This document shows, in pieces, positions 30,397-40,518 of a stretch of DNA of 64,000 bases. The DNA is from Candidatus Moraniibacteriota bacterium (GTDB lineage: Bacteria; Patescibacteriota; Minisyncoccia; Moranbacterales; GCA-2747515), in assembly GCA_942490825.1 (NCBI GenBank), contig CALNYG010000005.1, positions 6,240-70,239 on the forward strand, written 5' to 3'. Made by a program: the position numbers and the translations under genes. Under the pieces are notes generated by a model. The model searched no databases. It worked only from the letters and a program-made list of their open reading frames with translations, and was not told where the DNA came from. The first letter of the stretch is position 1. Each line of letters opens with the position of its first letter.

Positions 30397-30473
30397 AAAT
30401 ATATATTTTAACAACGAAAAAATCTTATTATATTATAACATAATAAGAAATTACGATTTATTTTTAAAATAAA

Positions 30474-31643
30474 CTAACCACCAATCCCCTCATAAACCTC
30501 CAAAGTCTCCTTCGCCGTCTTCTGCCAACTAAAATCCTTAGCTCTCTCAAAACCCTTCTCAGCAAACTCATCTCTCAATTCAATATCACTCGCAAATTCA
30601 CCCATAGCCTTAGCAATCTTCCTCGTATCTTCAGGATTAACCAATAACGCACCATCGCCCGCAATCTCCCTAACAGCAGGAATATCACTTAAAATAGCTG
30701 GCGTCTTCGTAGCAAACGCCTCTAAAATTGTTGCTCCAAAACCTTCATATAACGACGGCAAAACAAAAAATTTAGCATGTTTAAATAGAGGAACCAATTC
30801 ATCACCAATCACATAATCCGCAAATTTAACATCTTTACCTAAATCCATATCTTTAACAATCTCCTTAGCATCCTGCGTCAACTTCCCTAATTTTCCAGCC
30901 AAGAGTAATTGATAATCACATTTTTCTTTACCTATCTTTTTCATTCGAGCATCTTTAAAAAGAGAAAAAGCATACAAAAACTTTGTCACATTTTTAACTG
31001 AATCAATAGTTCCTAAAAACAAAATATACTTTTTATTAATTCCAAATTTTCGAGGAATTTTTTTAGTATTACCATTTATTTCCTGAAGAAAACGTTTATC
31101 AACTCCACCATAAATTACAGAAATCTCTTCTTCTTTTAGTTTAAAAAATTCTTTCAAATCTCTTTTAATAGTTTTTGAAACCGCAATAACGTGATCTGAT
31201 TTTTTAGCCATGAAATGCTTTCGTGACTTAGCTCTCGCTCGCTCCATAGATTTATAACAATCAGGCACTTTATAAACACCTAGGTCATGAAAGGTTGTCA
31301 AAACTTTTCCTTGATAACTTTTCGGAATTTTTACATCCGATGAAGTAACATGCAATAAATCCAATTTTTCCTTAGATAAAGTAATGTTCATTATAAGTTC
31401 TCTATAAATTCCAGGAAAATAAATTTTATATTTATAAAAAGGATAAGAAACTATTTTAACATTTTCTTGCTCAAATTTTAAAATATCTTTTTGACGAACT
31501 TTTGAATCAAAAAATAAAACGTATTCATTTTTTTTGTCCAAATCTAAAATATTTTTAATTAACTGCAAAGTATAATGACCAGATCCAATGGCATCATCTT
31601 TGTGTGGATTTAAAATTGTCCGAGCATCAATTCCTATTTTCAT
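30474..31643 (-). CDS. Glycosyltransferase family 4
   Basis: 389 aa with the C-terminal EGFGATILEAFATKTPAILSDIPAVREIAGDGALLVNP signature. Confidence 0.8.
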   Translation of the reverse strand: MKIGIDARTILNPHKDDAIGSGHYTLQLIKNILDLDKKNEYVLFFDSKVRQKDILKFEQENVKIVSYPFYKYKIYFPGIYRELIMNITLSKEKLDLLHVTSSDVKIPKSYQGKVLTTFHDLGVYKVPDCYKSMERARAKSRKHFMAKKSDHVIAVSKTIKRDLKEFFKLKEEEISVIYGGVDKRFLQEINGNTKKIPRKFGINKKYILFLGTIDSVKNVTKFLYAFSLFKDARMKKIGKEKCDYQLLLAGKLGKLTQDAKEIVKDMDLGKDVKFADYVIGDELVPLFKHAKFFVLPSLYEGFGATILEAFATKTPAILSDIPAVREIAGDGALLVNPEDTRKIAKAMGEFASDIELRDEFAEKGFERAKDFSWQKTAKETLEVYEGIGG

Positions 31644-31697
31644 AATAATAGATTATTAGATATTTAGATTATTAGAATGATAAATTTTATACTAATC

Positions 31698-31834
31698 ATG
31701 TCATCCCCGCGTAGGCGGGGATCTAGGTACGTAAAAATTTAAGTTATATTATAAGTTAAATTTTATTTGCAAACTATTAGTTCAATTCTCCTGGATTCCC
31801 TTCCCTTTCGCTACGCTCCAGCCGGGAATAACAT
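31698..31834. repeat. 137-nt nested-palindrome element (canonical form)
   Basis: ATGTCAT-CCCCGC-gtag-GCGGGG-ATCTAGG, a 75-nt AT-rich centre, then CCTGGAT-TCCC...GGGA-ATAACAT. Confidence 0.85.
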
Positions 31835-31850
31835 ATTATATTTATCTCCG

Positions 31851-33582
31851 CTACATTCTCTCAACCGTCTCAATTCCCAGTAAATTCAAGCCATTTTTTA
31901 ATGTCACAGCCACTGTTTTAGTCAAAGCTAAATTATATTTATAATCATTATTTTCTTCATCAAGAATTCTTGTTTTAGCATAGAATGAATTAAACTCTGA
32001 AGCTAATTCATACAAAAAAACTGCGATATAATGAGAAGAATATTCTTGCAAAGACTGTTCAACCACTTCTGGAAAAGTAGCCAGAATTTTTTCTATTTTA
32101 GAAACCTTACCATTTTTCGATTCCTCATCGAAATCAAAACTTTCAATTTCACTTTTTCTTAAAATTGAACTACATCTCACAAAAGTATATTGCAAATACG
32201 GTCCGGAATTTCCTTCAAAATTAATTGATTTTTCTTCATCGTAAATAATGTCTTTCCCTGCTGTTACTTTTAAAATTGAATATTTAATTGCTCCAATTGC
32301 TACTTTTTTTGCTACTTCTAACTTTTCTTTTTCGTCTGTAATTTCTTCTCCCATTTTATCGGAGATAACTTGTGCTGTTTTTTCAACCCAATCTTTAGCT
32401 CTGACAATATCTCCTGTTCGAGAAGACATTTTTCCTGTCGCCAATCTTAAAGTTCCGTGTGATAAGTGAACAGTTTTTTCTTCCCATTCTTTATTTATAA
32501 ATCCAGCTGCTTTTTTTACCACTTCAAAGTATTGTTTCTGTTCATCACTAGTTACAGTCAATGAAATATCTGGATTATATTTTTCCCATTTTTTTGCAAA
32601 TAATCCGATATCTTTCGCTTCGTAAGTTGGCAATCCTTCTGAATTAATAAAAACTCGATCATGTAAACCATATTTACTTCCGGGAAAAATAATTGCCCCT
32701 TGAGATTTTTCGAAAACCTTTCCGATATTTTCTCTAACTAATTCCTCTCCCTCTTCAAAAGTAGAACTTTCTAAAAAATAATGATCAAACTCAGAACCTA
32801 ATAATTTATAAATTTCATCGAAATATTCTAAACTCCACTTTTTCCCTAAATCATAAATTTCATTTTGTTCTTTGTCTTCACCAGTATAAACTAACTTATT
32901 TATTTTCGTAATTTCTTTTTTAATGTCATCATTTTCCGAAAAATTCTTTTCTCCAAAAGCATAACATTTTCCTAAAAAAGCTTGCTTGTCCCACACAGAA
33001 CTTTCATCTGACGGCATTTCTTCTGTAATGTTTTTTATTCCCCATAATGTTTTTGATACGTGCATTCCAACATCTCCTTGAAAAGTAACTTGTTTTGCGT
33101 CCGCTCCGGAAAACTGTGCAATTCTAAAAAGTGACTCGCCGATAGTATTTGTCATCACATGCCCGATGTGAAATTCTTTAAATAAATTTGGATCGGTATG
33201 TTCTGCTAAAAACATTTTATTTTTTAAGGAATCATTACTTCCCCAAGTTTCTTCATTTTTTAGAATGTTTTGTAATAAATTTGCGAAGTATTTTTTTGTA
33301 AAACTAAAATTAACGTAACCTCCGACTGCTTCAACTTTTGAGAATAATTCTTTGGTTTGCTGGTTTGAATTTAATTCTTCGGCTAATTCTTCGGCAATTT
33401 GTATTGGTGATTTTCGTAATTCTTTGGCTAATTGAAAAGATAAATTGGTTGTCCAGTCTCCATGGTCTAAGCTTTTTGGTCGTTCTAGAATTATTTTTGA
33501 AATTTGAAAATTACTCCAAGTTTCTTTTTCCTGAAGGTTTTTTTGCTGATTGTTTTATTAAATTGGTTATTTCTTTTTGCAT
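31851..33582 (-). CDS. argS: Arginyl-tRNA synthetase, reading frame interrupted at an A7 run near the 5' end
   Basis: HIGH motif (FHIGHVM) and KMSS(R) motif. The N-terminal domain sequence (ILERPKSLDHGDWTTNLSFQLAKELRKSP) is in frame with the body, but that frame has no start codon. The ATG at 33582 (MQKEITNLIKQSAKK) is in the +1-shifted frame. The frames meet at T7/A7 33538-33544. Confidence 0.85.
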
Positions 33583-33605
33583 AATGTTTTTATAAAATTA
33601 TCTTT

Positions 33606-33965
33606 TTACCATTTTATTTTTTTCCGTAATGGATCAATTATTAACATTATAATAATATTAAATAAAGACAAAAAAATGTACAACATTACTACAACAGATA
33701 TGTAAGATTTATCACTAAAATATACACTTAAAATAAAATTGATAGCTAGTGGCAATACTACTAAGAAAGCATTGTAAATAAAATTATATTTTTTATTTTT
33801 TCTGTAATAAGAATTTATAAAAACTAATATTCCTCCAATAAAGAAAAGTATCGGTAATCGAGCGATAGACAAATTTAAATATTTGAAAATTAAAAACCAA
33901 CATAAAATAAACGGTAATGAGCTTGAGCTCAAAAAATATATTACTTTTTCTTTTGTGATTTTCAT
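33606..33965 (-). CDS. Small integral membrane protein (hypothetical)
   Basis: 119 aa with about four hydrophobic helices. Confidence 0.5.
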   Translation of the reverse strand: MKITKEKVIYFLSSSSLPFILCWFLIFKYLNLSIARLPILFFIGGILVFINSYYRKNKKYNFIYNAFLVVLPLAINFILSVYFSDKSYISVVVMLYIFLSLFNIIIMLIIDPLRKKIKW

Positions 33966-34026
33966 AAAAAACGCTTTAAATCAAACTAAATCTTACATCT
34001 ACTCTACCATTTAGTCGCTAAAAAAT

Positions 34027-34143
34027 AAAGTAGAGAACGGTTTTAAGCCATTCCCTACTTTCTCATACGCCGGAAGTAGTGTGTCGTAGACCACTGCTTT
34101 CGTAACGTTTCGAAACGGGTGGTTTATGACACACCCATTCCGG
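34027..34143 (-). other. GC-enriched structured intergenic element: long hairpin containing a GTCAT-hairpin module, followed by a terminator
   Basis: CCGGAAGTAGTGTGTC (34070...) pairs with GACACACCCATTCCGG (...34143). The inner pairing is ACCAC/GTGGT around the palindrome CGTTTCGAAACG. On the minus strand a second hairpin (34061-34027) is followed by ATTTTTT. Confidence 0.5.
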
Positions 34144-34155
34144 CTAAATTTATCT

Positions 34156-34542
34156 TTAACCAAAAAATCCAAAAACAGATTTTTTCTCTCCTTTCTCAAT
34201 TTCAAAACCCTCTCTTTTCCATTCTGTAATTCCACCATCAACATTGTAGCAATTTTCAAAACCTTGAGTTTTTAAAAGATGACAAGCGATTTGTGAACGA
34301 TTTCCTGTTGCACAATAAATATAAAGTGAATCATTTTTATCAAAATCTAAATCTTTATTTTGTAATTCATTCAATGGAATATTGATTGTACCTGCAATTT
34401 TTTCAGATTGATTTTCTGCTTTCGTCCGCACGTCAATTACAAATTCTGTTTTAATTTCTCCACTTTGTATTTTTTCGTGTAATTCTTTTACGTTTATGTT
34501 TTTCATAAATTTAAATATCTTTATAAAGTTCTTTATTTTCAC
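34156..34542 (-). CDS. Single-domain rhodanese sulfurtransferase
   Basis: 128 aa with the active-site loop YCATGNRS. Confidence 0.8.
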   Translation of the reverse strand: MKIKNFIKIFKFMKNINVKELHEKIQSGEIKTEFVIDVRTKAENQSEKIAGTINIPLNELQNKDLDFDKNDSLYIYCATGNRSQIACHLLKTQGFENCYNVDGGITEWKREGFEIEKGEKKSVFGFFG

Positions 34543-34945
34543 CTATAATATTAATTAACCAAAATTTCAAAATTTTTATAATAACAGTATTGCGAATATT
34601 TTTAATTGGAAAAACATACCCTTCTTTTATTACAACTATTTTTCTATCTTCAATTTCTTTATCTATACATTTAACGGAATGTCTTAAATTAAATATTCTC
34701 AAATAATTTACTTTTTCACCAGTAGGCATTCCATTTTTTGAGCTTTTCCAAATATCAATAAATCTATCTGCAAAATGTTTTCCTAAATAATTGCTGATAG
34801 TAGGTCTATTTTCTTTCAGTAGAAATTTAGATATTTGAAAAATCTTGATCACACTAGGAATTACACTAAAAATCATCAAAATTAAAATACTCCAAATAAT
34901 ATTACCCAATATCCAATTTATAACACTTTCTATGTTTTCTGGCAT
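34511..34945 (-). CDS. Membrane-anchored hypothetical protein
   Basis: 144 aa with one N-terminal TM. It overlaps the rhodanese gene by 32 nt. Confidence 0.45.
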   Translation of the reverse strand: MPENIESVINWILGNIIWSILILMIFSVIPSVIKIFQISKFLLKENRPTISNYLGKHFADRFIDIWKSSKNGMPTGEKVNYLRIFNLRHSVKCIDKEIEDRKIVVIKEGYVFPIKNIRNTVIIKILKFWLINIIGENKELYKDI

Positions 34946-34970
34946 AAATATTTAATCTTTAATTTAAAAA

Positions 34971-34987
34971 GCCCGTGCGGCGAGCAC
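34971..34987 (-). repeat. GC-rich 17-mer, copy 5 (reverse complement on the plus strand)
   Basis: gcccgtgcggcgagcac, lying between two co-directional minus-strand genes. Confidence 0.9.
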
Positions 34988-34995
34988 TTTTTTTA

Positions 34996-36279
34996 TTAAA
35001 ACTCTAAAACTTCTCCAATCTGTGGAACATGAACATTCGATTTAGTATTTTCTCTTGCATATCTACACACCGATTCCAATGAATTAATATCACCATGATT
35101 TAAAATTAAATTTTTGTGTGAAATAGTTTTAATCAAATTGTGAATTGCACCTTGTCCATAATGAGCTGAAAAATCGAACTTACGAATGTGACATTTTGCC
35201 TGGGTGACTTTTCCGTGATTGTAAAAAAGATGATCTTCGAAAAGAGAACGTCCTCGAGTTCCCTTCGTTTGATAACCTGTGAAAATGATGTAGTTATTTT
35301 TTTCTTTAATATATTGACCAGCATAAGAAACTGATGGACCACCTTGAATCATACCTGAAGTTGTGACGATCACACAACCTTTTTCTTTGGCAATTTTCTC
35401 TCGCTCATTAAATTTAACTAAATGAACTCTGTTGAAAATTCGCCTCAAAGCACTTTTATTTTTTACGTATAAATCACTGGAATTTAAAATTGTTTCGGTC
35501 ATTGTTCGTGCCATTCCGTCGAGATAAATTTTAATGTTCTGTGGCAAAGATGCTAAAACTGTTAAAATTTCTTGTGATCGTCCAACGCCAAAAACTGGAA
35601 CTAACGCTGAACCACCTAATTTAATTGCTTCGTGAACGGATTGTAATAAGCCCTGTTCGGAAATTTTTCGATTTGGGTGTTCTCGATCGCCATAAGTTGC
35701 TTCTGCGATTAGAACGTCGATTTCGCCTAAATTGCCAATGGATGCTGGAACCATTAAATTGGTTTTTTCGGTGTTAATATCTGCGGTGTAAAATATTTTC
35801 TTTCCTTCTAATTCGAGTAAAACTGAAGCTCCTCCTGGAATATGTCCTGAATTGAAAAATTTGAATTTTACTTTTCCGTCTTTGGTTGTGTGTAAATTAT
35901 TGTACTCGATTAAATGGACGTCTTGTTTTACTTTTCCGAGATCTGAACCTTCGTAAGCTGGATGAGTTTTTCGTAATTTTTCAATGTGATAGGCGTCTTT
36001 GAGAAGTTTTTGGGTTATGCTCCAAGTTAGTTCGGTGGTGTATATTTGGCATTTTAAATTGTTGTGTTCGAAAAATGGTAATGCGCCTGAGTGATCCATG
36101 TGGGCGTGGGAAAGGAAAACTGCGTCGATGTCTGGGATGTCGTTTAGGAATTCTGGGTATTGGACTCCGCCTTGGATGAATTTTACTCCTGAATCTAGTA
36201 GGTATCTTTGTCCTTGGCTTTCGATTTCGATACAGCTTTTTCCGACTTCTCGTGCTGCACCGTGGAATATTATTTTCAT
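34996..36279 (-). CDS. MBL-fold beta-CASP hydrolase (RNA-processing nuclease family)
   Basis: 427 aa with the HAHMDHSG metallo-beta-lactamase motif. Size and C-terminal region are consistent with beta-CASP enzymes. Confidence 0.75.
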   Translation of the reverse strand: MKIIFHGAAREVGKSCIEIESQGQRYLLDSGVKFIQGGVQYPEFLNDIPDIDAVFLSHAHMDHSGALPFFEHNNLKCQIYTTELTWSITQKLLKDAYHIEKLRKTHPAYEGSDLGKVKQDVHLIEYNNLHTTKDGKVKFKFFNSGHIPGGASVLLELEGKKIFYTADINTEKTNLMVPASIGNLGEIDVLIAEATYGDREHPNRKISEQGLLQSVHEAIKLGGSALVPVFGVGRSQEILTVLASLPQNIKIYLDGMARTMTETILNSSDLYVKNKSALRRIFNRVHLVKFNEREKIAKEKGCVIVTTSGMIQGGPSVSYAGQYIKEKNNYIIFTGYQTKGTRGRSLFEDHLFYNHGKVTQAKCHIRKFDFSAHYGQGAIHNLIKTISHKNLILNHGDINSLESVCRYARENTKSNVHVPQIGEVLEF

Positions 36280-36289
36280 GATTTTGTTT

Positions 36290-36748
36290 TTAATTTTTTA
36301 AATTTATTTTTCTGAAATGTTTTGAAATAATTACAAGTGTCATTAATATAAATAATGCTATATAAACAAAAACAAATCCAAAAAACTTTGAATCTTCTGA
36401 AAGTCTTTCTGGAAAAGTCATTATTACATAAAGAAAATATATCGGTTTATAAAAAAGAATGTAAAATATATGTAAAAATAAATCTTTATTTTTCATGTCA
36501 TAAAAATTATTTTTTTCCTTCTTATAAAAACCTCCCCTAAAAGATTCATATATAAAAACTAATAGTTGTAAGAATATAACCAAATCTAAAGCATAACTAA
36601 AATCTTTTAAAATTATAGATCCTATAAAGATCAATAATCCAACAGCAAAAAAGATTGTCTTTTTAAAACCTGATAAATACACATTCAAAAAACTTATTAA
36701 ACTTGACGTAATGAGTATAAAAAATACGTAATGAATATAAATAGACAT
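36290..36748 (-). CDS. Integral membrane protein (hypothetical)
   Basis: 152 aa, multi-TM. Confidence 0.5.
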   Translation of the reverse strand: MSIYIHYVFFILITSSLISFLNVYLSGFKKTIFFAVGLLIFIGSIILKDFSYALDLVIFLQLLVFIYESFRGGFYKKEKNNFYDMKNKDLFLHIFYILFYKPIYFLYVIMTFPERLSEDSKFFGFVFVYIALFILMTLVIISKHFRKINLKN

Positions 36749-36762
36749 AAATTTTTATTATT

Positions 36763-37611
36763 TTACAAATCTTCCATCATCGGAACATCACCAATAAACT
36801 CAGAAACCAAACCTAAATTCTCAAAATAATTAACCATTTCCATGCAAGCAAACTTTTCTGTAGAATAGTGTGTCCCACCCAAAACATTAATTTCATTCCT
36901 CTCCGCAAATTCATGAACCTCTTTTGAAAAATCATTTTTAACCGTTACTCCTGTAATTAAAGTTTTCACATCATTTTCAAGCATCTCTTTCAAAACATCC
37001 ATATCATTTCCACCACCAGCTGCAAATGCTATTATTTTACCTTTAATATTTTTCTCACCATGTTGATATAATTTAACTTCATGACCAACCGCACTTTCAA
37101 ATTTATTTTTTAAACATTCAACACTCTCACAATCTGTTTTACCTAAAGCCCCAGCCAAAGCTCCAAAATAAGGTGCAAAAGGTTTTTCAACTTTAGCATT
37201 TAAAGCCTTTGCTAAAGTATTACTCGTGGAATATTCGCTAAAATTATCCAAAGGCACGTGTAAATTATAAATAGAAATTTTTTTCTCTTTAAATTTTTGC
37301 AATAGACTTTTATTCATTTGTTTAAAAACATCCGGAATTGTAATATCCCAAATTGCAGGATGATGAACAAAAAGCATTGCATTTTCGACATTATCATCTA
37401 ATATTTTTTGCATGACTTTATCAGATGGAAAAACTGCAGTATAAACTTTTTCAATTTCAGTTGTAAAATCACAAACCAATCCCATTGATCTTTTTTGAAA
37501 ATTATCACAAATAAATTCTTCAACTGATTTCATATGCTGAAACCAATCATCACTTAATTCAGTAGTGATAAAATCTCTTTCTAATTGTTCGTACAATTTT
37601 TTAGATTCCAT
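36763..37611 (-). CDS. NIF3-family dinuclear metal centre protein
   Basis: 282 aa with VHHPAIW near the N-terminal third and GGTHYSTE near the C-terminus. Confidence 0.8.
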   Translation of the reverse strand: MESKKLYEQLERDFITTELSDDWFQHMKSVEEFICDNFQKRSMGLVCDFTTEIEKVYTAVFPSDKVMQKILDDNVENAMLFVHHPAIWDITIPDVFKQMNKSLLQKFKEKKISIYNLHVPLDNFSEYSTSNTLAKALNAKVEKPFAPYFGALAGALGKTDCESVECLKNKFESAVGHEVKLYQHGEKNIKGKIIAFAAGGGNDMDVLKEMLENDVKTLITGVTVKNDFSKEVHEFAERNEINVLGGTHYSTEKFACMEMVNYFENLGLVSEFIGDVPMMEDL

Positions 37612-37751
37612 AAATAAAAAGTTTATTTAATTATATTTTTATTCTACCAAAAATAAAAACTCTTGAATAGAAAAAAGTTTTAACACTACTAATTTATTAT
37701 TTTCTATACTATAATATTAAGTATTATAATTATAAAATAAAAAATAAATTC

Positions 37752-39071
37752 ATGGATAAGAAAACTTTAATAATAGCATTGAGCATAGTAATCATTACAT
37801 CATCCATTGTAATTTCTACAATATTTTCTTTGCAAAAGAAAAATACCATTTCCCAACCAAAAAATTTAATCGAACAACAAGACAATCTTAGAAATAAAAA
37901 CTTATCCAACACAAGCACAAACACTAATAGTCAAGATCAAGTGGTCGAATCAAGTGGTTTTAATTGTACTCAAGTTTATAATGACCTATTCCAAAAAGCC
38001 CAAAGAGATTTCCAGAAATGTGGTGTATTTACAGAAAATATTTCTTGTGATGATAGTCAAAGTCAAAAACCTAAAACTCAGAAAAATTTAGTAATAATTC
38101 TAGATTCTTCAGGATCAATGGCGGGACAGATCGGTGGAAGAAGTAAAATTGATATTGCTAAAGAAGCAGCCTGGAAGTTTTTAGATGATATGAATGGAAG
38201 CGATGTTAAATTAAGCATACTAGTTTATGGACATAAAGGAAGCAACAGTGCCTCTCATAAACAATTATCTTGCAGTAGTATTGATGAGATTTATTACTTT
38301 GGAGAATTAGACAGCCAGTTAGCCAAAGATAAAATAAATCAATTTAATCCAACCGGCTGGACACCCATTGCCGACTCTTTAGAAAAAGCTAGTGACATTT
38401 TAATTAAAAATTCTCAACAAGGCGATGATAATTCTATTCTTTTAATTAGCGATGGTAAAGAAACTTGTGATGGAGATCCTGTTGCCAAAGCAGCTGAATT
38501 AAAAAATTCTGATGGAATTATTACTAATGTTATAGCCTTTGATGTAGAAGGTGATGTAAAAAATCAATTAAAAAATATTTCACAGAGTGGTGGTGGAACT
38601 TTTTATTCGGCTAACAGCATGCAAGAAATGTTTGATGCCCTAGCTCAAGAGCGAGAAAAGTATTGGCAGAAATATGCCTGTGAATCAGAGCAGTGGAGCG
38701 AGTGGCTAGATAAAAGTCTGGATTTAAATTTTATTGGACATACTTGTGCTTCTGACCTGCATTGGGAACAATGGGATATGATAGATATGGGAACAAATAT
38801 GATGAACGATCTTCCAGTGGAATGCAAGGCAAGTGTTGCTGATGCATATAAAACATTGAGGTACCAAATAATTAGAGAATCTTTAATTAAAAATTATATT
38901 CAAACTTATTTTAAAGTTAACAGCACAATGAAAGGACAAGAAATTTGGAAATCTGATACTGATAATAACGAATTAATTAATAATTTAAAGAGCGACTGGA
39001 ATCATCAGTGGGATGCTGATTTAAGCTGGGATTGGGTAAATAAAGAAGTTAAAAAAGCTTCAGAATTATAG
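37752..39071 (+). CDS. Membrane-anchored von Willebrand factor A domain protein
   Basis: N-terminal TM. The MIDAS motif is LDSSGSM, followed by GGRSKIDIAK. Confidence 0.75.
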   Translation: MDKKTLIIALSIVIITSSIVISTIFSLQKKNTISQPKNLIEQQDNLRNKNLSNTSTNTNSQDQVVESSGFNCTQVYNDLFQKAQRDFQKCGVFTENISCDDSQSQKPKTQKNLVIILDSSGSMAGQIGGRSKIDIAKEAAWKFLDDMNGSDVKLSILVYGHKGSNSASHKQLSCSSIDEIYYFGELDSQLAKDKINQFNPTGWTPIADSLEKASDILIKNSQQGDDNSILLISDGKETCDGDPVAKAAELKNSDGIITNVIAFDVEGDVKNQLKNISQSGGGTFYSANSMQEMFDALAQEREKYWQKYACESEQWSEWLDKSLDLNFIGHTCASDLHWEQWDMIDMGTNMMNDLPVECKASVADAYKTLRYQIIRESLIKNYIQTYFKVNSTMKGQEIWKSDTDNNELINNLKSDWNHQWDADLSWDWVNKEVKKASEL

Positions 39072-39148
39072 GTTGCATAAATTATTTGATGTGATATGTT
39101 TAATTAAGTGTTTTAATAAATATTTTTAATAATTAAAAAAATAAGGTT

Positions 39149-39844
39149 ATGAAAAAGATTAGTTTAATAACGGGAGCGTTAGTGTTTTCATTCATTCTTA
39201 GTGGATGTATGGGAATTAGCAAAGCTCCAGAAAAAGAATCAGTTAATGTAAATGGAGATTCTATACATATCGAAACTCCAGACGGAAGCATGACTGTGGA
39301 TTCAAATGGAATAAATGTTCAAACTCCAGATGGAAACATGACTGTAGATTCATCAAAAGTACAACAAACAGTAAAAGTTGAAAATGCAAGTATTTCAAAT
39401 AATGTTAATACTGGAGGTTCTACTAATTCAGTAGTTGTTAGCGGAAAAAATGAAAAAAATACTCAGGTCAAGACAGCTCCTTCAAATACTTTGCCATCAG
39501 GTGTTGATTTAGATACAGAAATAACATGTAAAATTGCTAACACAGGGACAGCTTATGCTCAGGATGGCTATGCTGGATGTACATTACACAATACTGGAAC
39601 AAGAGCTGCATCTTATGAGCTTAAATATAATAAAACTGGATGTAGCATCAGTAATGATGGTAGACCAACTACTGCAGGAAAAGTTTCTTGTAAATATAGT
39701 CAACAAACAAATATATTAGAAGCTAGTGATGGAATATCTAGTTGTAAAGTTGATATAACTAACAAAAAAGTTATCTATAACAGTCCAGCTTCTAGTTGTG
39801 AAATAGATGTTGAATCAGGAATTTTTAATAAAACAGTTAAATAA
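39149..39844 (+). CDS. Lipoprotein (hypothetical) with an internal TPDG(S/N)MTVDS repeat
   Basis: Lipobox LSGC after the signal peptide. 231 aa. Confidence 0.6.
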   Translation: MKKISLITGALVFSFILSGCMGISKAPEKESVNVNGDSIHIETPDGSMTVDSNGINVQTPDGNMTVDSSKVQQTVKVENASISNNVNTGGSTNSVVVSGKNEKNTQVKTAPSNTLPSGVDLDTEITCKIANTGTAYAQDGYAGCTLHNTGTRAASYELKYNKTGCSISNDGRPTTAGKVSCKYSQQTNILEASDGISSCKVDITNKKVIYNSPASSCEIDVESGIFNKTVK

Positions 39845-39849
39845 AATCT

Positions 39850-40314
39850 ATGAAAGAATTAAAAATAAATAAAGGAATTTTATTTTGTGCATTTGTAACG
39901 TTTCTTGCTAGTTTTATGCCCTGGATAGTTTCATCTTACTCTACAATTGTTGTCAATGGAGTAATGATTCAAGGAAATTGGAATGGTGGTTGGTATGGTC
40001 CAGCATTATTTTCTAGTATAGCTGCATTATTATTTATTATTTTATGGCTATTACCTAAGTTTAATGTTGACTTAAAAAATATTGAGGAAAGCTATTTCTT
40101 AATTCAAAAGATTTTATCTACCTTGATGGTAGTTGGTCCAATTCTATGGTTCATTGGTTCTCAAAATAATATTTTTTATTTAGGAGTTGGTTTCTATGTT
40201 ACAGTTATTTCAGGTATTATTGCAGTACTTTTTTCATTCACTCAGAAGGAACCAACCACCTCTACTATAAGCTCAGGTGATAATAATCAAGAAAGTGATT
40301 CAAGTAAGAATTAA
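39850..40314 (+). CDS. Integral membrane protein (hypothetical)
   Basis: 154 aa with four hydrophobic segments. It lies 5 nt after the lipoprotein gene. Confidence 0.55.
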   Translation: MKELKINKGILFCAFVTFLASFMPWIVSSYSTIVVNGVMIQGNWNGGWYGPALFSSIAALLFIILWLLPKFNVDLKNIEESYFLIQKILSTLMVVGPILWFIGSQNNIFYLGVGFYVTVISGIIAVLFSFTQKEPTTSTISSGDNNQESDSSKN

Positions 40315-40341
40315 GTTTTACTTACAATTTTCTTGCTACAT

Positions 40342-40377
40342 AAAAGTCTTTTGAATTTTTTATTCAAAAGACTTTTT
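40342..40377. terminator. Bidirectional terminator between convergent genes
   Basis: aaaagtcttttgaa / ttcaaaagactttt, a perfect 14-bp stem. Confidence 0.65.
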
Positions 40378-40518
40378 AATTATTATAAAAATAAATATTA
40401 TTAAATAAAAAAAGCAGATAATAAAAATCATCTACTTTTTCTAAAAAATCTATTTTCTTTTAATTCCAATTTTATTAAAAATAACAACCCTTACATAATA
40501 ACTTTAGCTATAAAAATT

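Noticed and set aside
34011-34259. An 82-aa ORF, and the idea that 34027-34143 is an SRP RNA, 6S RNA or riboswitch
   Set aside because: The ORF overlaps the rhodanese gene out of frame and runs through a strongly paired region. The structured segment lacks the SRP helix-8 GNAR/AGCA motifs and any riboswitch core I recognise. It contains a GTCAT-hairpin module of the repeat family plus a terminator, so it is better explained as a repeat element with a terminator.
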